Source: Chiloscyllium plagiosum (Eukaryota). From it: DNA of 22,439 bases. The stretch lies in assembly GCF_004010195.1 (NCBI RefSeq), contig NC_057719.1, positions 36,829,442 to 36,851,880 of the forward strand, read 5' to 3'. Under the pieces are notes generated by a model, which searched no databases, was not told where the DNA came from, and worked only from the letters and a program-made list of their open reading frames with translations. Positions 10,051 to 21,998 of the stretch are shown one piece after another (position 1 is the stretch's first letter; each line of letters starts with the position of its first letter). The translations under genes were made by a program, and so were the position numbers.

Positions 10051-11102
10051 GTGGATGGAGGTTTGCTCACTGAACTGGAAGGTTCGTTTCCAGATGTTTC
10101 ATCACCCTACTAGGTACCATCTTCAGTGGACCTCCAGGCGAAGCACTGCTGATAATTCCTGCTTTCTATTTAAATGTTTGGATTTCTTTGGGTTGGTGAT
10201 GTCATTTCCTGTTCTTTTTCTCAGGGGGTGGTAGATGGTGTCTAACTCGATGTGTTTGTTGGATACCATGCTTCTAGGAATTCTCGTGTGTCTCGCTGTT
10301 TGGCTTGTCCTAGGATTGAGGTGTTGTCCTAGTCAGTGGTGTCCTTCCTCATCTGTATGTAAGGATACCAGTGAGAGTGGGGTCATGTCGTTTTGTTGCT
10401 AGTTGGTGTTCCCGTATCCTGGTGGCTAGTTTTCTGTCTGTTTGTCCAATGTAGTATTTGTTACAGCTCTTGCAAGGTATTTTGTAAGTGACATTAGTTT
10501 GCTTGTGTGTATAGGGTTTTTCAAGTTCTTTAGCTGCTGTTTTAGTATGTTGGTGGGTTTGTGGGCTACCATGATGCCAAGGGGTCCAAGTAGTCTGGCA
10601 GTCATTTCCGAGATGTCTTTGATGTAGGGAAGAGTGGCTAGGGTGTCTGGAAGTGTTTTGTCTGTTTGTTTGGGTTTGTTGCTGAGAAATCGGCAGACTG
10701 TGTTCATTGGGTACCCATTACTTTTGAATACACGGTATAGGTGATTTTCCTCTGCTCCGCGTAGTTCCTCTGTAATGCAGTGTGTGTTGACTTGTTGAAA
10801 TAATATTCTGACGCAGCTTCGTTTGTGGATGTTGGGATGATTGCTTCTGTAGTTCAATGTGTTGTTTTCCTGTAGACGCTGGTTTGAAGTTCCCCATTAG
10901 CTGTTCACTCTACTGTTGACATCTAGGAATGGCAGTTTGTTGTCGTTTTCCTCTTCAGTGAATTTTATGCCAGTAAGGGTATTATTGATGGTCTTGAAGG
11001 TTTCCTCTAATTTGTTTAGTGATGACGAAGGTGTCATCCACGTACCCATAGTTTGGGTTGGATGGTTGGCAGAGCTGTTTGTTCGAATCCCTGCATTATT
11101 GC
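10051..11102 (-). mobile_element. 5'-truncated Penelope-like retroelement (RT C-half + GIY-YIG endonuclease + 3' pLTR), frameshifted
   Basis: Minus strand: YVDDTFVI (YVDD at 11044-11033), IKFTEEENDNKLPFLDV, SNHP...NGYP, LPYIKDISE, then NVTYKIPCKSCNKYYIGQTDRKLATRIREHQ (GIY-YIG). This RT plus GIY-YIG architecture is diagnostic of Penelope-like elements. Confidence 0.93.
10090..10129 (-). ncRNA. Minimal hammerhead ribozyme motif in the Penelope pLTR, partly decayed
   Basis: Minus strand: CCA-CTGAAGA-T-GGTACC-TAGTAG-GGTGAT-GAAA-CA-TC-TGG. Both core boxes and stem I (CCA/TGG) are intact. Stem II is weakened and the helix-III palindrome reads ACAT rather than ACGT. Confidence 0.65.
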
Positions 11103-11110
11103 AGGGGGGT

Positions 11111-11191
11111 GGGGGTCTCTGATATCAGGGTTCTTAACAGAGGCAGTAATGTCATGCAGACTCCAATAAACAGCTCTGCCAGTCATCCAAC
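11111..11191 (+). mobile_element. Inverted 5' segment of the adjacent Penelope element
   Basis: Plus strand encodes GSLISGFLTEAVM (Penelope RT motif, cf. MGSPxSxxLA). 11168-11191 is a 22/24 reverse-complement match to 11057-11080. Confidence 0.8.
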
Positions 11192-12029
11192 GCAATCGTT
11201 TTCCTGTTACTTATTTACCTTTCAAAAAGAGCAAAAATGGACTGCAGCATGCCCAACAAATCATCTGGAATATACCAATCAGAAGGCACCAAATAGGAAC
11301 AAAACACAAATAATTAAAGAAAGTACAAATTTATTCAAGGCAAATCAAATCAATGTTATTTGAAAATAATTCTATGAATGACTCTCTAAGAGCTCATTAA
11401 GAAATATTGTGTAACAGTGAATATAAAAACCTAGAAGTTATCAAGCTTACCAATGCAATGGAATATTGCTCGTTTCAAACACCTGTGCCAAAGAAAGAAA
11501 CTTAAGAGTGGAGTTTATGATCTTTCCTGCTGATTCAGAGCGGTTTGTAAGGCATGCCTTCTGCTCTTTAAATGACTTATCTGGCCAATTCATCAGGACT
11601 TCCTTTTTAAAAGTTCCTGTATTTATTTTTATCAATTAGGAAATTCTTGCATACAAAAGTCTGCTCCTGGATGCACAAATGGCTATTTATTTTACATTAA
11701 ATATCAAATTCATGGTAGAACATGAACAATTTCTTTGAAGCAACTGCAAGTAAAAAATGCATACTATATACATGTCAATTTCATAGCAATTCACTCAAAG
11801 ATAATGAAATCACACAGACACGACCAATAATGAAAATAGCATGAGAAAGGAGCAGCTCTTCATTTTTTTTTCTAAATTAACAGCTCTTATAATATATAAA
11901 GGTACTAATCATTGCTAATCTATCCATAGTAGCAATCCTGGAAATAAGTGCCATATTCAAATATGGACAGAAATTTTAAATAAAAATTCTGATTAAATAT
12001 TTAATTTGAACTTTTTTTTTTAGAACAAC

Positions 12030-12140
12030 TTTTGCAAAAGATTCAGTAAAGGAGAAAAAAGTTGTATTATATTGGGCACTATTTATTTCTTGGTCTTTTC
12101 TAAACAGTAGAGTTGCTCCTCTCTATGTAGAGACTTATTA
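12030..12140. repeat. Direct repeat copy 2 (111 bp) of 9568-9680
   Basis: Same alignment. Contains a minus-strand AATAAA at 12082-12087. Confidence 0.95.
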
Positions 12141-12902
12141 AAACTAGTAACTTACCCTCGTTCATTAAAATAGACTTTGTGCATCATCCCTAGAAGAGAT
12201 CTTACAAACTTCCTTCCAAGTTCTTTCAGAGAAGATGCACACTCCATCTCATTTGAAAAAAGAAACTAACCCACATTAGCAATGTGATGGGAAATATGTC
12301 GGTGACTTTTTAAAATAATCTTTTCACCTAAAAGAAAAATTCTGAAGCCAAATAAATTTATATTCTATACGGATATAATTCTTTAAAAGAGCAATATCTC
12401 AAATTGCTTGGGAAGTTAAGAAAATAGTTGTTCTTGATCACGTTACCTTACAACAATTTTGTTTGTTTTACATGGAATCATGACTAATAAAAAGACGTAA
12501 ATGTAGTTAATATCTAATACAAAACCTTCCCGAGCACTTAAAAACAGAAACAATTTATTTTCAAAGTCAACCTACAGCACTTACAATTTCAACCGCACAG
12601 AGGAGTTTCACCTGGAGTCACACCTTTTCCACCCGAATATAGTTACCAGTGTTTGAGAATTTCAAAAACACTCCAACATTTGCAGCAAAGTGGATAAGCT
12701 AAGTAAGATCAGGATTAAGTTGCACAGGAAACTATAATCTCCATTAGTGTTCTACACACAAATTCTTACTATAGGTATGTCCTGTTTACATTTTCTTACA
12801 GATTATTTAATGAAAAACAGCTTCTCATGTTAGATTTAAAGTAGGAGAATCACAATGCTCTGCAAATCACTTTCTAACAAGTGCTTGCTTCAGGACCACA
12901 AC

Positions 12903-12908
12903 TTTATT
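12903..12908 (-). promoter_or_regulatory. Poly(A) signal AATAAA (likely main YY1 signal)
   Basis: tttatt on + at 12903-12908, at the end of the last apparently conserved UTR block, with TGTA motifs upstream on the minus strand. Confidence 0.75.
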
Positions 12909-13470
12909 GTTGGCCTTTATCTAGTACATGGGATGTACATATTAACAGGTGTTAATAAAAGGTCAGTGCCTGCACAATACATCTACTAATGGAACCGAGC
13001 ATTGCTTTTTTTTTTGCATAACACAACTGAAAACAGGCTCTAATAGAAATTACATTAGACTTTAGCATCCGGCAGTACATTTCAAAAAATAAACAGTGTG
13101 ACTAAAACGGTTTTAAGTTGATTAACACCATTGAATCACGGTACTATAATTTTTATACTACATGATTTCATTACAGTATACAATACAATTATACAAAATG
13201 AGTTAACATCAAAGAATACAACCAAATTAAGATTGCAAACAAAAAAATCTCAAAACTTTATACAGGAAATAACTCTGAAATATGCATGTAGTACAGTTAC
13301 TGCCAACTCTATGATTCTGAAGAAACTATTGCAAGCAAAAAATTCAAATTTCAAAAAAATCACATAGCATCTGCATTACTAGCATATCCAAATGAGTGTA
13401 CAATATGCACACCTGGAAAATACAAAATTAAAAATGTGAATTGCTCTAAGCACTGGGAGAGAGTGTCTCA

Positions 13471-13484
13471 TATATATATATATA
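13471..13484. repeat. (TA)7 microsatellite in the YY1 3'UTR
   Basis: tatatatatatata read directly. Confidence 0.9.
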
Positions 13485-13817
13485 CGAATGCTGAAGTAAG
13501 TCCAATTTTTAGCACTGTCAGGTAGACGTTTGATAAATGCAAGTTCATCAGGGCATCTTCTCCCCCCCGAGTAAATGTGTTGGTTAGAAAACACCTAGGT
13601 GTTATTGAAACAGGAAAACAGGACAAAAACAGGAAGAGCATCCTAGCATCATCATCTCCAACTTTTTGACTACTTTATCAAAACAAGTCTTTTTTTTATT
13701 ATGCAAGAGTTATTTAAAATTCTTCTCTAGAAATATACAAAGGGAAGGTCAACATTATGCCCAAATATGGTCATATAATGCCCTGTTAAGGACAAGGTTC
13801 TTCCCTCCTGGAGAAAT

Positions 13818-15719
<1,902 letters not shown>

Positions 15720-16874
15720 TTAAACCAAGATACCAAAGTACTAAGACTATGGAGATCAGTTTTCCAATAAGCTGATAATACTCATGCTATTTCTCAAGTG
15801 AACTGAATTTTCTCCTATTATATATTTACCACATACAATATTGCAAGCAAGTCTTAACAGCTGGATTGTCCACCCGAAATTCTAAAACTGATTAGTTGTG
15901 TAGAACTGTACATTCGTGCTAGGGGTAAAATTATTCAACAAATGTAGAACCAAAATACTGGTCAATGTGATGCATAAAAACATCACAATAAGAAGGTGTG
16001 TCCATGATAAATAATAATCATTTACCAGCAAGATAACTTTACAATATCTAAATTATTACATTCAAGGTATAGTGCAAGGATAAATCTTCTAAAACTGAAT
16101 TAAATGGAGTTGAGTAAAGGAACAAATTACAAAATGATCCAAGTTGGCCATAAAAACATTATGATCCAGCCCTCCTTGCTTTTACTTGTAACTTGTGTCC
16201 TGCAAAGCTACAATGACAGAAGGCAGTGTTTCTAGACAACAGAAAAAGCACCGGCTGATAGAAATTTCAAACAACTTGCATTCAACAGTCACCTAATTTT
16301 TTTTAAAAAAGTGATTCATGCACCATCTCTTCTGCCTCCAGATCACACTAAGACAGTGCTGCTCCTTGCTGATAAAAGATCATAGTTTGCTGAATCAGAA
16401 TTATTGAAATTTGTAACACGCTATGGGAAAACTACGACCTTGCAGACATTCAATGGTCCAGCACCTATCAGGCTCAATTTAAATTATCTATTCTCTTCAA
16501 GTTTGTTCCAGGAAGCAGTCATTTATCCTAGTATAGAGGGGTATGAGTCCAGGAGGAAAGTTTACAAAAGGTAAGCAATGCTGTGAATGGCACAAAGATT
16601 TTAACAGATGTTTAATACACGGGCCAGTTGAATATACTTGTAATTTGCTCGATGCTCCATAATAATGCAAAATCAACTGTGTAGGCCTACTGCAATCAAG
16701 TCTTTCACCAGAGGTTCATTTTCAAAGATTGGACGCAAACATTATAAACTGTTTTTACCCCCAAATGTAATATTAGTTTAATTTACATCAAATAACTGAC
16801 TCGTCAGTAACTTGATTCAAATTACATCCTTAATAATGATACTCATTCAAGTCCATTCCATTTTTTAAACTCCA

Positions 16875-17240
16875 TTTTTCATGGGATTTGGGCATCACTG
16901 GCAAGGTGAGCATTTACCACCTATCCATAATTCCCCTTAAGCTTAATGGTTTGCTCGGTGGTTTCAGAAAGCACAATAGTCATACATTGCTGGGTCAGGA
17001 ATCATACAAACGTTACACCAGGTAAGAATGACCAATTTCTCTCTTTCAAAAAAAGGACATTAATGAATAGTTTTAATTTAACAATAATTATACTTTCACG
17101 ATCATCATTACTGAGGTTAGCTTTGTACCCCAGATTTATTTACTGAGTTCATATTCTATCAGCTGCCAAAGTGGGATTTGAATCAGTGTTCCTATATCAT
17201 TAGCCTAAACTTTTAGGTTATAACATTACTACTATGGCAT
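16875..17240 (-). mobile_element. tRNA-derived SINE whose 3' tail resembles the old LINE family tail
   Basis: B-box-like GATTCAAATCCC on the minus strand (about 17184-17173). The tail gcatttaccacctatccataattcccctt resembles the gcatttattgcccattcctagttg tail at 2932. Confidence 0.65.
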
Positions 17241-17828
17241 CATCTCCTCTCAACTTCTCCCCAAAATATATTTTTTTAAATATCTGAGGCAGATTAAGCC
17301 AATATTAATTCTTAGATACTGTACTGCAATACTATCACTCCACTCTGGCTGCGAATAGTAAACAGAATTTCTCAAACCAAGAAAAACATGTAAAATACTG
17401 TACTCAAATTCTTCAGACTTGATACAAATTAAATGCTTTTGTTTCATTTTTGTAATAATTCCAAAGTACTGCCTTCTTTTTAATTAACTGGCACCTATAG
17501 GACTAGGAGTGTGCCAGTTGATTAAATGTTCTAGACAATCAAGAGATGCACATAATCAATGTAAAAAGACATGCTAAGTAATGGAAACGTAATACATCAC
17601 TGTTATAGTTTATTTATAGCATGAATCACAAATAAAATGCAACCATGCCTTAAATAAAAGTTACTGGCAGAGATCTTTCTCACATGTACTCTCAAATGAC
17701 TACCCAGACCCTGTGGTAGATCACAGTATTTGAGAAGTTGACTCAAAATTGAATCAACTGTTGATATTTTGTGTGAATATTCAATTGAATTACAAGTATA
17801 TTTACATTGAGGTAATTAAACTTTAAAA

Positions 17829-17862
17829 ACTATAATAACTGGAGACTATAATAACTATAATA
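17829..17862. repeat. Short imperfect tandem repeat (ACTATAATA x3)
   Basis: Units at 17829, 17845 and 17854. Confidence 0.7.
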
Positions 17863-17964
17863 CTGTAAACTTCACGGTATGAGAATTATAATTTGTCAGT
17901 TTATCAAGAGTGCCGGCTAAAACAAAGAATGCTTATAGTAACAAAAATTATGACCCAGATTTGC

Positions 17965-18160
17965 TTCATTTCAGCACTCTTCCTACTGAATCAGATAGTT
18001 GTGCTTTCACATCTCACTTCAGAGACCCGTGGCCATAATCCAAGCTCACGTTAGTGCTAGACTTACAGGTGTCAATGTATCAGTGCCCTATCCGACCTCT
18101 CATTTGGGCCTAAAATAGGCTACTTTTAAAAGAAAACCAGGATGACCTGCAAAGTTCCAA
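17965..18160 (+). mobile_element. Decayed SacSINE1-like SINE 5' half
   Basis: agcactcttcctactgaatcagatagttgtg...cacttcagaga shares cacttcagaga with the 8095 element. tRNA-like head is degenerate. Confidence 0.45.
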
Positions 18161-18234
18161 TAGGATGAATAGATGCGTTGACAATGCAAATTCTTCTTTA
18201 TGGCAACACAAGCTTCTATTACTTTTAACAGGTA

Positions 18235-18531
18235 AGGTGGCTCAGTGGTTAACACTGCTGCCTCACTGCTGTCGCCCCAGGCTCGAATCCAGCCTTGGGC
18301 GACTGTGTGGAGTTTGCATGTTCTCCAAGTGTCTGTGTGCTCTGGTTTCCTCCCACAGTCCAAAGATGTGCAGGTCAGGTGAATTGGCTGTGCTAAATTG
18401 CCCATAGTGTTAGGTTCATTAGTCAGAGGGAAATGGGACTGCGTGGGTTGCTCTTCAGAGGGTCGGTGTGGGCTTGTTGGGCCGAAGGGCCTATTTCCAC
18501 ACTGTAGGGAATCTAATCTAATCTAAAAAAA
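18235..18531 (+). mobile_element. HE1-type V-SINE (elasmobranch tRNA-derived SINE)
   Basis: A box TGGCTCAGTGG (18238-18248), B box-like GGCTCGAATCC (18290-18300), V-domain tgtgtggagtttgcatgttctcc...ggtttcctcccacagtccaaaga, LINE-derived tail gggccgaagggcctatttcc, (AATCT)n/A end, and a possible AGGTA target-site duplication (18230-18234 / 18532-18536). Confidence 0.9.
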
Positions 18532-20644
18532 AGGTATAACTGTAATACCATCTACGTTGGTAGTGCTGTGGCACAAAATTAAAGGTCTGTCCTTGAGACT
18601 GACCAACTAAAAATTTGCATTTTTAAAAAATAATAGCAATTATTACATAAACATAAAATATACATCTATTACTCCACATGATATTTTATTAAAAGATACA
18701 AAACAAAATCTTCGAAAGTAAGAGAAAATCAGCTTCTCAAATCTCTTTGCATAACTAATCTTTCAGTCCTGGTATCAAGTCAGTGAAGCTACACTAACTT
18801 TTCCATTGATTTTAGATCCTTCCAATCAATGGAACCTTTCTAAACCAATCTCAAGATTGTTCAGTAGATTACACATTTATGTTGGTTCAAAAAAGTACCT
18901 TTGTACAAAATGCAGCAAGGACAGGTTGGCAACCTTACTTCAAAATTAATCCTTTACTAAAATTATACCACAATTTAAAAAAATATATATTCGGGTTTTG
19001 TTTTGATTTTTCTTTCTAGAGACCAGTTTACACTGGCCTTATTTTTTAATAGCTGTGGTTGAGCATACAAAGATACCTTTTAAAATTGTTCTCATTTTAT
19101 TTTATCTATTTGTACTGATAACATACATTACTTCACATTTTCTCTCATTTTAAACTGCAACAGTTTAGCTGTTGGCCTGCTTGTATCCTGTCACAAACCT
19201 CAATTTGGTTTCATCAGTATTACTGCCAGAATTCATAACTCCAGACCATTTACAAAAAAGAAACACAAACCTTTTGGAACAGCCATCAGACCTTCTTAAT
19301 TCAAATTTTTTTTTAGCCTTACTACTGAACTAGCATTTCTGTAATTGTTTGTCTTTTGCTCATGTGTCAAACCCTTATTACTTTTCATGTGAACTTGATT
19401 TCCCTGCCATACACAAATTACATTCACTTGAGCAAAATCAAAACAACAATTTCAGTAACATCTAAAACACTCAAAGGTTCTAATCACTGAACATTCTATC
19501 TCCATGAAACTGATCTGACTATTGAAAAATCAAACAAATTGATTCAAAACAAATGAGTACATATCTAGGATAATTAATTAAGTAATGCAGTGCTGAAATT
19601 AATGCAATTGAAAAGAATAAAAGTTAAGAATCTGATATTTCAGATTTTCCTATCCCAATATTTTTATAACAATCATTGCCAGAGTTTCAAGCAAGAAAAC
19701 TAGGCTACTGAACACACTTTCCTGTACAATTAGAGTACCTCAAGAATCCAAAGAAACACTAGAAAATCAGAAGGCAGAATGATTTAACAGAAGTTATAAT
19801 TCCTAGATTTCAAACACTATACAAATGTGTTAGAGAAAACATAACCAAGTTTAAACATCATCCGAGAGGCATCTTAGCACATATTTCAGTGATTACGATC
19901 CAAAAAAAAAACCTGAAAGCTAACACACTTGCCCTGGTTTAACTAAATTTCCAATAGAATACAAGTTAAAACATTTTTTTGATAGAACAGTGTAAAGCAA
20001 AACAAGATCAGCCTGCAATTTAATACTGCACCATTCAGATTCAACTCAGTTTTATCAAAGATCTCTGTCCAGAATTAAAAATAAACAACTTCAAACTGGC
20101 AAAATATGTTGGCTATCAATCTGGACAACTATGATAATTGAGATGTCTGGCTAACTCAAATTACTCTGCTCATACTGAACCACAGAAATCAGCTATGCAT
20201 CAAACAACGTACGAATCCCTGCAAAGATCTATTAATTAGCCAGCGGATCATAGTTTCATAATCTTTTCACACATATTCAAAATTCCTATTTGTACAGTTT
20301 AAACAGCAAATGAGGACATCGATCAGGAAAAGCAAGATGTTCTTGCTCATAGTGCCTAAGTAACTCTTCTGCAGATATTGCAGAATGAGCTGTTTCCAAA
20401 TTTAGTACAGGTCACTCATGAAGAGACCTGTCTCCAGGAACATCAGGTAGAGTGTCAATGGGGTTAGCCTATACTTATCTCATTTCACATTAGGGGTCAA
20501 TTAAATGCGGTTCCTCTTCCAAAAAATCGCGTGTAAAAAAACTTCAATCTCCAATATTGCATGTGTCACCTATGGCTATGGCTCAGTACAGCTACTTCAG
20601 TCAGAAGATTTTATGCTTTAATCTCACTTTAGGGACTTTAGCCG

Positions 20645-21865
20645 AAGATGGGATGTACACGTATTTAGAAAGGCAAGGACTGATTAGGGATAGTCAACAT
20701 GGCTTTGTGCATGGGAAATCATGGCTCACAAACTTGATTGAGTTTTTTTGAAGTAGTAACAAAGGATTGATGAGGGCAGAGTGGTAGATGTGATCTATAT
20801 GGACTTTAGTAAGGCGTTTGTCAAGGTTCCCCATGGGAGACTGGTGAGCAAGGTTAGATCTCATGGAATACAGGGAGAACTTGCCATTTGGATACAGAAC
20901 TGGCTGAAAGCTGGAAGGCAGAGGGTGGTGGTGGAGGATTGTCTTTCAAACTGGAGGCCTGTGAACCAGTGGAGTGCCAAAAGGATCAGTAATGGGTCCT
21001 CTACTTTTTGTCATTTACATAAATGATTTGGAGGCGAGCATGAGAGGTAGTAAGTTTGCAGATGATACCAAAATTGGAGGTGTAGTGGACAACGAAGAAG
21101 GTTACCTCAGATTACAACAGGGCCAATGGGCCGAGAATTGGCAGATGGAGCTTAATTCAGATAAATGCAAGGTGCTGCATTTTGGGAAACAAATCTTAGC
21201 AGGACTTATACACTTAATGGTAAAGTCCTAGAGAGTGTTGCTGAACAGAGAGACCTTGAAGTGCAGGTTCATAGCTCCTTGAAAGTGAAGTCGCAGGTAA
21301 ATAGGATAGTGAAGGCGGCGTTTGGTATGCTTTCCTTTATTGGTCAGAGTATTGAGTACAGGAGTTGGGACGTCATGTTGCTATAGTACAGGACACTGGT
21401 TAGGCCACTGTTACCAGGATTGGAGGATTTGAGCTATGGGGAGAGGCTGAATGGGCTGGGGCTGTTTTCCCTGGAGTGTCGGAGGCTGAGGGATTACCTT
21501 ATAGAGGTTTACAAAATTATGAGGGGTATGGATAGGATAAATAGACAAAGTCTTTTCCCAAGGGGTCGGGGAGTCCAGAACTAGAGGGCATAGGTTTAGG
21601 GTGAGAGGGGAAAGATATAAAATGGACCTAAGGGGCAATGCTTTCACACAGAGGGTGGTTCATGTATGGAATGGGCTGCCAAAGGAAGTGGTGGAGGCTG
21701 GTACAATTGCAAATTTAAGAGGCATTTGGATGGGCAAATGAATAGGAAGGGTTTGGAGGGATATGGGCAGTGTGCTGGCAGGTGGGACTAGATTGGGTTG
21801 GGGGCCGGCATGGATGGGTTGGACCGAAGGGTCTGTTTCCATGCTGTACATCTCTATGACTCTAT
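20645..21865 (+). mobile_element. 5'-truncated HER1-like CR1 LINE (RT pseudo-ORF and 3' tail)
   Basis: SQHGFV, DVIYMDFSKAF, PKGSVMGPLLFVIYINDL and KFADDTKIGG motifs spread over frameshifted ORFs. Ends in ctctatgactctat short repeats. Confidence 0.95.
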
Positions 21866-21998
21866 CTAGGCCAACAATCCAGTGCAGCACTTTGTAAGCA
21901 CAAACTATTGGAAGTGAGATCTTTTGGACAAGGTATTACACTGATGCTATGCATCCATTCGAATGGATGTAAAAATTAGGCTGTAGTTCATCTCAAAA

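Larger units (their letters stand above)
12880..13817 (-). other. YY1: YY1 3'UTR to the main poly(A) site (cleavage position approximate)
   Basis: AU-rich, repeat-free sequence after the stop codon. Blocks such as TGTTTTGATAAAGTAGT, AATTTTGTATTTTCCAGGTGTGCATATTGTACACT, GTATTCTTTGATGTTAAC and TGTACATCCCATGTA...CAACAATAAA match my recollection of the mammalian YY1 3'UTR. Confidence 0.8.

Noticed and set aside
13520..13556. Minus-strand CCCTGATGA...AAACGTC in the YY1 3'UTR resembling a hammerhead
   Set aside because: No GAAA (reads CAAA), and neither stem II nor stem I can form.
18238..18300. Possible tRNA gene (A and B boxes)
   Set aside because: No cloverleaf, and it continues into a V-SINE body and LINE-derived tail.
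18100..18407. 101-aa and 80-aa ORFs overlapping on opposite strands
   Set aside because: Translations of the HE1-type SINE; non-coding repeat.
20331..20431. Small hairpins (agcaaga-tgt-tcttgct; acaggtc...gacctgt) and similar at 962-979
   Set aside because: Stems of 7 bp are expected by chance in 22 kb; no recognisable RNA family motif.
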